Source of the DNA: Dehalococcoidia bacterium
GTDB lineage: Bacteria > Chloroflexota > Dehalococcoidia > Bin125
NCBI GenBank assembly: GCA_963663235.2
Contig: CAXXNO010000008.1
Location: 96,001 to 160,000 of the forward strand
Length of the DNA stretch: 64,000 bases
Direction of reading: 5' to 3'
A program made the translations under genes and the position numbers. This document shows positions 1 through 9,375 of the stretch, piece by piece; the stretch's first letter is position 1; each line of letters begins with the position of its first letter. The notes beneath the pieces are model-generated. The model searched no databases and had not been told where the DNA came from. It saw only the letters and a program-made list of their open reading frames with translations.

Positions 1-731
1 GGCTCGGTGGCGGGCGCCTCGTGCGGGTAGTCCGCGATCGTCGGTCCGGCCGCCGTGGGAAACAGCGCCAGGAGGCCGCGCAGCACGTCCAGCTGGAAGG
101 CGCGCTCATGCGGCGGTCCGAACGGGCGGCCCAGGTCAAACGGCACCCAGAGGGCCCGCGTCGGTCGGATGGCTTCGGTGTGCTCGCGGATCAGGCTGAT
201 GTACGCCGTGGCGATGCCGCTGCGTTCAAGGAGATGTGCCAGCCCGCCCACGGCGCGCGTGCAAGCCGGTCAGACGGGCGCGAGCAGCGCCGCTGTGACT
301 CCGTCTCCATTGAGCAGCCGGCCTATCGCCTCAGCCGATTGCTGCATCTCGGATGGGTCGGTGGCGCCCATCAGCGAGTAGTGCCAGCGCGCCACGGAGC
401 CGATCTCGCCGCTCGCGGCGAGTTCATGCAGCAGCTCCAGCGGAAAGATCGTGTTGACGTCCTGCTGGAAGCCGCTGCGGTCGAAGTTGACGCTGACGTG
501 GCTCATCTGCATGTCGGCGGCAGCCACATCGTCCGGGATGATGCGGTAATCGGTCGCCCCGGCGTCGAACGGCCGGTCCGACGCCCGATGGATCCCCGCC
601 GTCGAGACCAGGGCGACGCGCGCCTCGCTGAGCGGCGGGGGCGTGATCCACGGCGCCGGCTCGAACGCCGGCATCGGGATCCGGCGGAGCGCCTCGGCGA
701 AGTCGGGCGGCAGGACGGCCAGTCTGACCAT
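1..731 (-). CDS. GrdB/PrdB-family selenoprotein (glycine/sarcosine/betaine/D-proline reductase component B-like); in-frame UGA read as Sec; 3' end runs off window
   Basis: ORF 270..764 has family motifs (STAGIH, D.N.IFPL..L.EL, HYSLMG) and ends ALLAPV at TGA 270-272. The frame continues with no stop to base 1 as U-P-A-C-TRAVGGLAHLLERSGIATAYISLIREHTEAIRPTRALWVPFDLGRPFG. Likely start ATG 731 after GAGG. Confidence 0.85.
245..255 (-). promoter_or_regulatory. Putative bacterial SECIS apical hairpin
   Basis: CGCC-GUG-GGCG stem-loop; the loop starts 18 nt after the UGA, the same spacing and loop as the second selenoprotein gene. Confidence 0.55.
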
Positions 732-825
732 GGCGTACCTCGTGATCCCCAGTTCATCGGCCATCGTCGTCGCATGCGCCCGCCCGGTCTAGACTCACAC
801 GACACGGCAGAGAGGGGCGCCCGGG

Positions 826-1773
826 ATGAGCGTGAGCTTCGGTGTGCACACCGGCCAGCAGGACATGGCGATGGATGACTTCCGCGCCCTCTGGCGTGAG
901 ATGGAAGAGGACGGCCTCGACTGGATCTCCCTCTGGGACCACTTCTATGAGGCGCCCCCGCGAGACGATATGGGCCCGCACTTCGAGACGGTCGCCTGCC
1001 TCGCGACGCTTGCGGCCGAGACGGAGCGTGTCCGCATCGGCTGCCTGGTCTTCTGTGCCTTGTATCGGAATCCCGCGCTACTGGCCAAAGCCGTTGCCAC
1101 GATCGACCATATCTCACACGGGCGCCTGGAGATCGGCCTGGGCGCCGGCTGGCACGAGCCTGAATTCAAGGGCTACGGCTACGGCTTCCCGCCCCTCGGG
1201 CAGCGGTTGGACGCGCTGGAGGAGGCGGTGCAGATCGTCCGTTCCATGCTGACGCAGGAGCGAACCACGTTCAAGGGAACGCACTTCACGGTCCTCGGCG
1301 CTACCTGTCAACCCCCTCCGGTCCAAGAGCGGTTGCCGATCTGGATCGGCGGCGGTGGCGAGCGACGGACCTTGCGGATGGCCGCCCGCTACGCCGACGG
1401 CTGGAACGTCCCCTACATCGGGCCGGAGCGATTTCGGCACCTCAACGGCGTCCTCGACGACTGGTGCGCCAAAGAGGGGCGCGATCCGTCCACGATCGGC
1501 CGGACGGTGAACCTGCGCTTCAACCTCGTCGCCGGTCGCGGGCGTGTCGAGGCAATGGAGGCGAGCGTACGCGAGCAGTGGGGCGCCGAAGCAGACGAGA
1601 TCATCGCGGGTTCATTGCTCGGCACGCCCGATGATGCCGCGGACCGGATCGCCGAGTACATCGACGCCGGGGCGCAGGCTGTCAACATCGCGCTGCGGGC
1701 GCCGTGGGACAAGGAGGCGCTCCGCGTGTACGCCCGCGAGGTCGTTCCCGCGATGCGCCGACGCTTCGCCTGA
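826..1773 (+). CDS. LLM-class (probably F420-dependent, Rv1855c-like) oxidoreductase
   Basis: WDHF, YRNPALLAK, GRLEIGLGAGW, PIWIGGGGERRTLR motifs. Confidence 0.88.
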   Translation: MSVSFGVHTGQQDMAMDDFRALWREMEEDGLDWISLWDHFYEAPPRDDMGPHFETVACLATLAAETERVRIGCLVFCALYRNPALLAKAVATIDHISHGRLEIGLGAGWHEPEFKGYGYGFPPLGQRLDALEEAVQIVRSMLTQERTTFKGTHFTVLGATCQPPPVQERLPIWIGGGGERRTLRMAARYADGWNVPYIGPERFRHLNGVLDDWCAKEGRDPSTIGRTVNLRFNLVAGRGRVEAMEASVREQWGAEADEIIAGSLLGTPDDAADRIAEYIDAGAQAVNIALRAPWDKEALRVYAREVVPAMRRRFA

Positions 1774-1804
1774 TCCGCCGCTGTCGGCGGGAGAGGCGGA
1801 GGGC

Positions 1805-2170
1805 CTAGTGGCCGGGGAGCTTCATCGTCCGGTGTGGCTCCGGCGCGCTTTCGTCCAGCGTACGGCGCTCTTTGTCTTCAACGATGATCGCTTGATACAA
1901 GCCGACCAGTGGCGCCCCCTCCAGCACGCCCGCCAGCGATCCTTGTGCGTGCCCGCGGACAAATGCATCGCTGCGCATCCACGCCAAGAACGCGTCGCGG
2001 TCCTGCCAGACGCTGTGGCTGATGTAGTCGCCGGCGTTGTCGCCGCGTAGGAGCGCGAACTGGACGAAGCCGGGCACATCGCTCAGATAGGATTCGCGCT
2101 CCTTCCACATCTGCTCGAAGTCCGCTTCCCGGTCTGCGGCAACGCGAAAGCGATTCATCGCCACGAACAT
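1805..2170 (-). CDS. Antibiotic biosynthesis monooxygenase (ABM/IsdG-like) family protein
   Basis: MFVAMNRF..V, VPGF..F.LL, W.S.AF..H pattern. Confidence 0.85.
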   Translation of the reverse strand: MFVAMNRFRVAADREADFEQMWKERESYLSDVPGFVQFALLRGDNAGDYISHSVWQDRDAFLAWMRSDAFVRGHAQGSLAGVLEGAPLVGLYQAIIVEDKERRTLDESAPEPHRTMKLPGH

Positions 2171-2338
2171 CGGTCACCCTTTCGTGGGCCGAGCCGCTGC
2201 CCGCCGCCCACGCTGAAGATACTCGCTCTGCCGGCCAGAGCGGAGACGGTGCCGATGCCGCCCGGGAGGGATTAGGCTGTGTGGGCCTTCCGGGGGGGAC
2301 GACGGGCGCTCCGGCGGGCGATGGCTTGGAGGATCCAG

Positions 2339-3253
2339 ATGGCACAGGTCGGGTTCATTGGAACGGGGAACATCGGCGAGCCGATGGCGCGCCAGATCAT
2401 CGCGGCCGGCCACGATCTGGTGGTCCACGACCAGCGTCCGGACGCTGGGGCCGATCTCTTGGAGCTCGGCGCGGCGTGGGCGGACAGTCCGCGCCAGGTT
2501 GCCGAGCGGTGTCGGATCGTCGTCACCTCGCTGCCCGGCCCCGCCGAGGTTGACGCTGTCGCGACGGGCGCCGACGGCATTCTGGCCGGGGCGCGTCCCG
2601 GCGACGTCCACATCGATCTCAGCAGCAACTCAATCTCGATGGCGCGCCACCTTGAGCAGTACGAGCGGGCGCAGGGTGTGCTGTACGTTGACGCGCCGGT
2701 CACCGGCGGCGTGCGGCGGGCGCGGGCGGGCACGCTTACGGTGCTGGCCAGCGGAGACCGTGCGGCCTTCGATAAGGTCGAACCGATTCTCCAGGCCATC
2801 GGCGAGCACGTGTTCTACGTTGGCGAAGCCGGGTCGGGTTGCCTGGTCAAGCTGATCAACAACCTCATCGTCCTCTGTGCCGGCCAGCTGGTGCAAGAAG
2901 GACTGGTGCTGGGCGCCAAGGCCGGCCTGGATCCAGAGCGGCTTTACGAGATGTTGAAGGTCGGGAGCGCGGCGCCTCATGTCTTCCTGATGCCCTACAT
3001 GCTGGGGCGGCGCTTCGACGATCCGACCTTCACGCTGGCGCTGGCCGCCAAGGATGTCGGGCTGGCGCTGGAGGCCGGGCGGGAGACGGGCGTGCCCATG
3101 CCCGTCACCGCAGCGGCGCATCAGACGTACCTCGCCGCCCTCGCGGCGGGTCTCGGGGAGAAATCGTTCGTGGCGACGCTGGAGGCGTTGGAGGCCGCGG
3201 CCGCCACGTCCGTTCCGAAGCGCGATGTGGCCGAGGGGGGACGGCGCCTCTAG
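2339..3253 (+). CDS. NAD(P)-dependent beta-hydroxyacid dehydrogenase (3-hydroxyisobutyrate DH family)
   Basis: VGFIGTGNIG Rossmann motif, DAPVTGG, KLINN, F.L.LA.KD; ATG 2339 after GGAGG. Confidence 0.9.
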   Translation: MAQVGFIGTGNIGEPMARQIIAAGHDLVVHDQRPDAGADLLELGAAWADSPRQVAERCRIVVTSLPGPAEVDAVATGADGILAGARPGDVHIDLSSNSISMARHLEQYERAQGVLYVDAPVTGGVRRARAGTLTVLASGDRAAFDKVEPILQAIGEHVFYVGEAGSGCLVKLINNLIVLCAGQLVQEGLVLGAKAGLDPERLYEMLKVGSAAPHVFLMPYMLGRRFDDPTFTLALAAKDVGLALEAGRETGVPMPVTAAAHQTYLAALAAGLGEKSFVATLEALEAAAATSVPKRDVAEGGRRL

Positions 3254-3283
3254 CACACTCGGCGCGATGCGGCGGGAGCGGCA

Positions 3284-3311
3284 GGAAGCCGGCCCCAGCG
3301 GGCCGGCTTCC
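3284..3311. terminator. Perfect 12-bp inverted repeat between convergent genes; likely bidirectional terminator
   Basis: GGAAGCCGGCCC-CAGC-GGGCCGGCTTCC lying between the stops at 3253 and 3341; no U-tract. Confidence 0.6.
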
Positions 3312-3340
3312 CAGCGTACCGCGCACTGATGCCTGGACGG

Positions 3341-4747
3341 TTAGATGTCCGGGTGCATCGTGTGCCATTCGGTCGCTTGCTCGTACGCGTACGCCACCTG
3401 GAGCATGGTGGCCTCGTCGAACGGCTTCCCGGCGATCTGCAACCCCACCGGCATGTGATCCTGGTCAAAGCCGCAGGGCACGGAGACGGCGGGCAAGCCC
3501 GTGAAGTTGAAAATGGGCGTGTAGAAGCTGAACTCGCCGCCGAGGAAACCGAGTCCAGGATCTGACTCCAGCACTCGCGGCGTTTGGAACCCCACTGTGG
3601 GCAGCAGCAAAGCGTCCACCTGGGTGGTCAGCGCGTCCAGCAGCTGGTCGCGAACCTGTGCCCGGGCGCGCAGGCTATTCAGATAGGCCGTGCTGTCCAT
3701 CAGCAGGCCCCAGAGCATGTACCCCCGCGTGTGACGGCCATACTTGTCGCCGCCGCCGGTGCGGAGATTCCTGTGGTGAATGGCCGCTGCGTCCGCCCAC
3801 ATGTTCGGGAATTCGATGGCGATGAGCTGCCGGAGGTTGATGGTGGGGATGTCCACGATCTCCGCCCCCAGTTTCTCGAAGACCTGCACGGCCGGGTCGA
3901 AGGCGCTCTTCACCCCGGGCTCGTAGTTGTCCTCGTATATGGTGCGCAGCAGCCCAATCTTCATGCCCTTGATGTCGCGGCCGAGCTTTGCGTTGAAGTC
4001 GGTCACGGGAACGTTCGCCGATGCCTGATCGAGCGGGTCGTAGCCGGCGCAGCCCCGCAGCATGTGGCCGGCATCTGCGACCGTCCGGGCCAGCGGCCCC
4101 GTGTGGTCCAGGCTCCAGGACAGCGGGTAGACTCCCCGTCGGCTGACGCGCCCGTACGTTGCTTTGAGGCCGACATGCCCGCAGCACTGCGCGGGCCAAC
4201 GGATGGAGCCGCCGGTGCACGATCCCATGCCCGCGTAGGCCAAGCCCGCCGCGATGGAACCGCCTGTGCCGCTGCTGGAGCCGCCGCACTCGAACTCCTG
4301 GTTCCAGGCGTTGCGGGTCGGAGGGAAGTGTGTTTCCAGCGTGGGCGCCCCGTAGGCGAATTCGTACGTGCCCGCCTTTCCTACCACGATGGCGCCCGCC
4401 CGCTTGAGGTTGGCGACCGATTGGCAATCCTCCGCGGCTACGTACCCCACCAGGCTCGACGACCCGCAAGTGGTCGGACCGCTCTCGTAGATGTCCTTGA
4501 TGCTGATCGGTATCCCGTGCAGCGGGCCTCGGTAGCTGCCGCTGGCGATCTCGGCCTCCGCCGCCTTGGCCGCGGCGCGCGACTCATCCTCGAAGACGTG
4601 GATGTACGCGTTGATCGTCGAGTCGAGTTCCGAGATCCGCGACAGAATGAGGTCCACGACCTCGACCGGGGAGGTCTCCTTCTTCTTGATGAGGTCCGCG
4701 ACCTCGGTGATCGGTGCGTGCGCGAGTTGCTTCGGGTTGCTGATCAT
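3341..4747 (-). CDS. Amidase-signature family amidase (GatA/AtzE-like)
   Basis: GPLHGIPISIKD, GGSSSG, GSCTGGSIR, GLKATYGRVSR motifs (Lys-cisSer-Ser triad). Confidence 0.9.
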   Translation of the reverse strand: MISNPKQLAHAPITEVADLIKKKETSPVEVVDLILSRISELDSTINAYIHVFEDESRAAAKAAEAEIASGSYRGPLHGIPISIKDIYESGPTTCGSSSLVGYVAAEDCQSVANLKRAGAIVVGKAGTYEFAYGAPTLETHFPPTRNAWNQEFECGGSSSGTGGSIAAGLAYAGMGSCTGGSIRWPAQCCGHVGLKATYGRVSRRGVYPLSWSLDHTGPLARTVADAGHMLRGCAGYDPLDQASANVPVTDFNAKLGRDIKGMKIGLLRTIYEDNYEPGVKSAFDPAVQVFEKLGAEIVDIPTINLRQLIAIEFPNMWADAAAIHHRNLRTGGGDKYGRHTRGYMLWGLLMDSTAYLNSLRARAQVRDQLLDALTTQVDALLLPTVGFQTPRVLESDPGLGFLGGEFSFYTPIFNFTGLPAVSVPCGFDQDHMPVGLQIAGKPFDEATMLQVAYAYEQATEWHTMHPDI

Positions 4748-4749
4748 GG

Positions 4750-4962
4750 CTACCGGTACCTCGCGATGTCGTGGATCAGGATCGGCTCGCTGGTCGGAAA
4801 CTCCATGCCCGGTGTCATGGGCCTGCTATCCAGCATGTCCGAAACGATCTTGTTCCAGCGCAACATGGTTTCGTACGCCGGGGCCAGCTCATCCAGATCG
4901 GCGTCGCTGGGGCTGAGCCCCCATTCGGCCAGTTTGGCCTTGACTATGTCCCGTGACTCCAT
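4750..4962 (-). CDS. Small GatC/AtzG-like amidase partner protein
   Basis: About 70 aa, ends 2 nt before the amidase start; GL...L..L helical pattern and C-terminal EP motif; GAGGG RBS. Confidence 0.55.
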   Translation of the reverse strand: MESRDIVKAKLAEWGLSPSDADLDELAPAYETMLRWNKIVSDMLDSRPMTPGMEFPTSEPILIHDIARYR

Positions 4963-5285
4963 TGCCACCCTCTATTCGCTCTCGCCGCCGCCCCGCTGAG
5001 TCGGAGGGCGTCGGGGCAGGCCGTCGTCCGACGGTTGACTCTCGGTAGCCGATCCTGTGTCTTGAGGCACCTCGGCTTCCTGGTCGCGACAGCTCGCACG
5101 GCTGGTATCCCGGCCGCGCGACGCCAACGCACCGCTCACCAGTTACGTCCAGTCCGAGACGGGCGCATTCTGGTCCGGCCGTCGGAGCCCGTCAAGCGGG
5201 TCCGTTACGGCGCTCGCGCTCCCGGGCGGCCGCGGTCTGCAGCCGTCGGCTCGTCAGCGCGAGGCCGCCGGTCGACCGCCGTTGG

Positions 5286-6029
5286 TCATACCAGGCGCGC
5301 GCCCGCCAGGCCGCCCGCCAGCAAGGCCATCGCCACTGCCAGCGCTTGCAGCGCGAGTTCCGGCGCCGCGCGGAGCATCTGGCCGTCGATCGACACCTCT
5401 CTCCCGTCCTCCAGCACGATCCGCCCTTCGATCAAGACCGACTCGCGGCGGATCTGGCGAACCGCCTTGGATAGGCGGCGCTGCGCCAGCGAGAGAGAGA
5501 AGCAGGCGAGCGCTACCAGCACCGCCGGCCACTCGACCGAAGCGGCCTGCGTGAAATAGCCGGTGAGGGCCGGGAACGCGCCCCAGGCGACAGCGAACCA
5601 GATGTCGCTGTGGAACCGGCCGCCCCACATCTCCAGGCTGTAAGCGGTCGCGATGAACGCTCCAAATGCCACGAAAGCCAGCAGCCACCAGGAGATTTCG
5701 ACAGCGCCTAATACCCCCAGCGCGATCGCCCCCACCAGTCCCGCTGCCGCGATGATCGCCAGCGTCGGGCGCGGGATCTGCGTGCGCAGCGGGCCGCCGT
5801 TGAGTTCGTCCAGCGCGTGCGTCGCTAGGCCGACCGCCAGGAAGAATGCCAGCAGACTGGCCGCCAGCCGTCCTCCGTCGATGGCGGGCGCCGCCGCCGC
5901 GCCGATCACGACGTAGGACAGGTGCCAGATCGTGTAGGGCGGATGGAGGAGCGTCCAGTAGTCGCGCCAGCCGCCCGGATGGAGGGCGTAGAACGCCGGG
6001 CGCTGCTCATGCGAAAGCGGAAGACTCAT
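5286..6029 (-). CDS. Multi-pass membrane protein, UbiA prenyltransferase-like
   Basis: Several hydrophobic helices; degenerate acidic motif HALDELNG.P; overlaps the upstream methyltransferase. Confidence 0.6.
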   Translation of the reverse strand: MSLPLSHEQRPAFYALHPGGWRDYWTLLHPPYTIWHLSYVVIGAAAAPAIDGGRLAASLLAFFLAVGLATHALDELNGGPLRTQIPRPTLAIIAAAGLVGAIALGVLGAVEISWWLLAFVAFGAFIATAYSLEMWGGRFHSDIWFAVAWGAFPALTGYFTQAASVEWPAVLVALACFSLSLAQRRLSKAVRQIRRESVLIEGRIVLEDGREVSIDGQMLRAAPELALQALAVAMALLAGGLAGARLV

Positions 6030-6759
6030 GGCCCTTCCTCCCCCAAATCACCACCGCTCCGCCCAGGCTCATTACACGCACCTGCGGCTGCGGGACGCCG
6101 GCAGCGCGCCAGAGGGCGAGTTGCCGCTCAAGCGGATAGCGCCGGTAGAAGTCCTCGATGCTCGGACCCAGGAAGCGGCCGACCTCGTACCACGACCGCG
6201 AGACGAGCCGGCCCGCGGTTGGCAGGCCGATCCGCGTGTACAGCCACCACAGCCGCCGCGGGAGCGCGCCGCGTGGCACGTGGAACTCCATTCCCCCAAG
6301 CATGCCACCCGGCCGCAGCACCCGGTTCAGCTCGACGAGCGTCGCGCCTGGGTCGTCCGTATAGCGCAAAAGGTAGGTGAACGTTACCGCGTCGAAGGCG
6401 CAGTCGGCGAAGGGCAGGCGCTCACCCTTGCCCAGGAGCAGCGCGACGCGCGGCCGGAGCGCCGCGCGCTCGACGGCCCGCGCTCCCGCTTGAATCATGG
6501 GCGCACTCTGGTCGAGCCCGATCACCGAGCCTTGCCCTCTATCAGTCAGCATGATCGCGACGGCCGCCGTGCCGGTCGCGACGTCGAGGATGCGGGCGCC
6601 CGGTGGAGTATCGATCTGTTCGACCAGGAACCGCTGCCACCGCCGATTCTGTCCCAAAGAGAGCAACTCGGCCATCAGGTCGTAGCGATCGGGGAGCCCG
6701 GCGAACAGCCCCAGCGCCTCGCGCGTTCGTGGTGAGGGCCTTTCGGAGGTAGATTGCAT
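6007..6759 (-). CDS. UbiE/MenG/COQ5-family SAM-dependent methyltransferase
   Basis: YDLM..LLSLG..RRW, ILDVATGT, LPF.D..FDAVT, RVLRPGG motifs. Confidence 0.88.
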   Translation of the reverse strand: MQSTSERPSPRTREALGLFAGLPDRYDLMAELLSLGQNRRWQRFLVEQIDTPPGARILDVATGTAAVAIMLTDRGQGSVIGLDQSAPMIQAGARAVERAALRPRVALLLGKGERLPFADCAFDAVTFTYLLRYTDDPGATLVELNRVLRPGGMLGGMEFHVPRGALPRRLWWLYTRIGLPTAGRLVSRSWYEVGRFLGPSIEDFYRRYPLERQLALWRAAGVPQPQVRVMSLGGAVVIWGRKGHESSAFA

Positions 6760-6792
6760 CGGCGCTCCCCGATGCGGTGGGAGTCCGGAGCG

Positions 6793-7743
6793 CTAGTCGG
6801 CCTGTGCCAGCTCGCCCAGCAACGCCAGGGTGCGCTCAGCCGTTCGCTTCGGTTCGTCTCCCGCCATGACGATGGCCGCCAGCATCTCGTCGACCCCGTA
6901 GTCCGGCAGCGTCGCGATCCGATCGGCCACCTGTTCCGCGGAGCCCGAGATGATCAGCGCGTCGGCCATCGCTTCCGTGAACTCCGATCCGGCCGCCTCC
7001 GGGTAGCCTGCGTCCTGCAGCATCTGCGCGTAGTAGGGCATGCTTTGGTAGAAGCCGAATTGCCGCTTGGCCGCTGCTCGCACCGCCTGGATGTCATCGC
7101 AGACGACCACCGGGGTATGCACGATCATTGCCGGTTTGGCGCGCCCCGTTTTGGCTGCGCCCTCGTTGAGTGCCGGCGCGGCGATGTCGCGGATGTACGG
7201 AAGCGGACACATCCACGATATGGCGCCCTCAGCCAGTTCGCCGCAGAGCCGGAACGCGTTTGGGCGCAGTGCGGACGCAAGGACACGGACCTGCGCCGGT
7301 GCCGAAATCTTCGCCTCGGCGTGCAGCAGCTCGCCGTGAAATGAGACGGCGCCTTCCTTCAGGATGGCGTTCAGGATTGTGAGGTACTCGCGCAGATGGT
7401 GCAGCGGGCGCTCGAACGGGATCCCCCAGATGCTCTCGACGATCGGCTTGTGGCTGGGCCCGACGCCCAGGTGCAAGCGCCCCGGCGCAATCTGGTCCAC
7501 CGACATGGCGCTCTGGGCCATCGTTAGTGGGTGTCGGGGATAGGTTGGCACGATCGATGTCCCGAGCCCAATCCGCTCCGTCCGGCCTGCCGCCACGGCG
7601 AACATCACGAAGGGGTCCGGTGCCAGCCCGCCAACAGTCACCCAGGCCGTGTCCAGGCCGGCTCGCTCCGCCGCGACTACGCCCTCCACCAAGCCGGGTG
7701 TGTCGCCTGCGACGATATGCGCGCCAATGCTCAGGTCTTTCAT
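6793..7743 (-). CDS. LLM-class flavin/F420-dependent oxidoreductase
   Basis: LGTSIVPTYPRHP, GRL.LGVGPSH motifs. Confidence 0.88.
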   Translation of the reverse strand: MKDLSIGAHIVAGDTPGLVEGVVAAERAGLDTAWVTVGGLAPDPFVMFAVAAGRTERIGLGTSIVPTYPRHPLTMAQSAMSVDQIAPGRLHLGVGPSHKPIVESIWGIPFERPLHHLREYLTILNAILKEGAVSFHGELLHAEAKISAPAQVRVLASALRPNAFRLCGELAEGAISWMCPLPYIRDIAAPALNEGAAKTGRAKPAMIVHTPVVVCDDIQAVRAAAKRQFGFYQSMPYYAQMLQDAGYPEAAGSEFTEAMADALIISGSAEQVADRIATLPDYGVDEMLAAIVMAGDEPKRTAERTLALLGELAQAD

Positions 7744-8096
7744 GCCGCCTCCCCCTGCTGGGCGCCTACGCCCCGACGATCTTGCGCAGCTCTATGAGGA
7801 CGTCCGGTGGCTCCATCCGGTATCGGTAGTCGGCGTTCTCGTAGCGCATCCGTGCCATGCCTGCCTGGTTCCGCATCAGGGTGGCGCACCCGTAACTCCC
7901 AATCCGTGGCCGGGCTGTCCTTCGGCAGATCGACACCTCGATCGGCGTGCCTCTCGACCCGATTGTAGGGGAGGTCGGCCCGTTCCGCGCCCTTGTTGGG
8001 GGAAGGACGCAATTCCGCTACGCTCGACCGCGCGATCGATCCTTTGGCGGTGTCCACGACCGAGCGGCCGCCATCCGGTTCGGGAGGGACGGAACA

Positions 8097-8522
8097 GTGT
8101 CCATCAAGAAGGCATGGGACCTCGTTGACGAAGCGAAGGCGCGCACCGAGAACCTCACGATCGAGCAACTTAAGGAGGAGCTCAGCGCCGGCAAGGACCT
8201 GCTGGTCGTCGACATCCGGGAGATTCAGGAGCGGGTCGACCTGGGCACTGTGCCCGGCTCGAAACACGCCCCGCGCGGCATGCTGGAGTTCTGGGCGGAC
8301 CCCAGCAGCGAGTACTACCGCGACTACTTCAAGCCGGACCGCCGTACCGTGCTGTTCTGCGCTCAGGGAGGCCGCTCGGCGCTGGCCGCGGATGTGCTCA
8401 TGAAGATGGGATTCACGAGCGTCGCTCACTTGGAGCCCGGCTTCAACGGCTGGAAGGACGCGGGGGAACCCGTCGAGGACGTGAAGAGCACCAGCAAGTG
8501 GGTGCGCCGGGATCTGGCGTAA
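8097..8522 (+). CDS. Rhodanese-like single-domain protein
   Basis: VVDIRE, PRGMLEFWADP, active-site loop CAQGGRS; GTG 8097 after GGGAGGG. Confidence 0.88.
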   Translation: MSIKKAWDLVDEAKARTENLTIEQLKEELSAGKDLLVVDIREIQERVDLGTVPGSKHAPRGMLEFWADPSSEYYRDYFKPDRRTVLFCAQGGRSALAADVLMKMGFTSVAHLEPGFNGWKDAGEPVEDVKSTSKWVRRDLA

Positions 8523-8612
8523 GAACCCTCGGCGCTGGATGCGCAGCTCGGCGAGGGCGGTCCTCGGGCAGGATTCCCATCCCGGCCGCCGACTGGCTTC
8601 GGACCGGTCCCC

Positions 8613-9239
8613 TCAGAGGTCCGTCTTCCAGCCGCCCTTCACCGGAATCGCCTTCGTGGCCGGCAGGACGTCCTGTCCAACCCGCTCGACCTCCTCTGCT
8701 AGTTCGTCCAGGTCGCCCGATGGACACTCGAAGAAGCAGACGACGTGCGAGTAACCGGCCTCCGCGAACCGTGCGAGCCCGGCGATGACCTGGTCGGCCG
8801 TGCCGGTGCAGATGGGGCGATCGGCGCTGCGCGCCAGCGGATCGTCCGCGGCCGTGATCCGCGTTGAGACGGTGGCCAACATGGCGAAGTCGCGCTCGTC
8901 CCGGCCCCCGCGGGACAACTCCCGCCGCACCTCGTCTTGGAGCGCGGCGTACGGCTCCGGCTGCGCCCGGGTGTCGAGGAACATTACGTAGAGACCATCG
9001 CAGTGGCGCGCCGCCCGGCGCGCGCCTGCTGGTACTCCGCTCCCGAAGACAATCGCGGGACGGGGATCCTGGACCGGCTTCGGGTCCATCGACAGGTTAG
9101 CGAAGCCGTAGTGCGTTCCGTGAAAAGCGACGACGTCGTCAGTCCACGAGCGCTTGTAGATCTCGATGCATTCCTCGGCGATCTCGCCACGCTTATCGTA
9201 CGGCAGATTGAGCGCGTCGAGCTCTTCCTTCAGCCATCC
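8613..9239 (-). pseudogene. 5'-truncated LLM-class F420-dependent oxidoreductase
   Basis: Homology begins abruptly at GWLKEE and continues (FHG.HY.F, PKPVQ.PRP, ARRAAR..DG). The N-terminal ~100 aa typical of the family are missing and the upstream frame looks non-homologous. Confidence 0.7.
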
Positions 9240-9375
9240 GGATGACCCATCGCATGTGCGTTCACCGATGAGCGGCGGCGGAACGTGGTGCCTGTGAAGG
9301 GATGATCGTGTACGTGCCTCTGTTACCCTCCGCAGGATTCGACGCCTCGCGAGCCCGGACGGAAGGGCATGCGCC

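Noticed and set aside
4969-5285. Possible riboswitch (guanidine/ykkC types) upstream of the amidase operon
   Set aside because: GC hairpins are present but I could not match a consensus (no paired ACGR loops, no ykkC core); an Rfam/Infernal scan would be needed.
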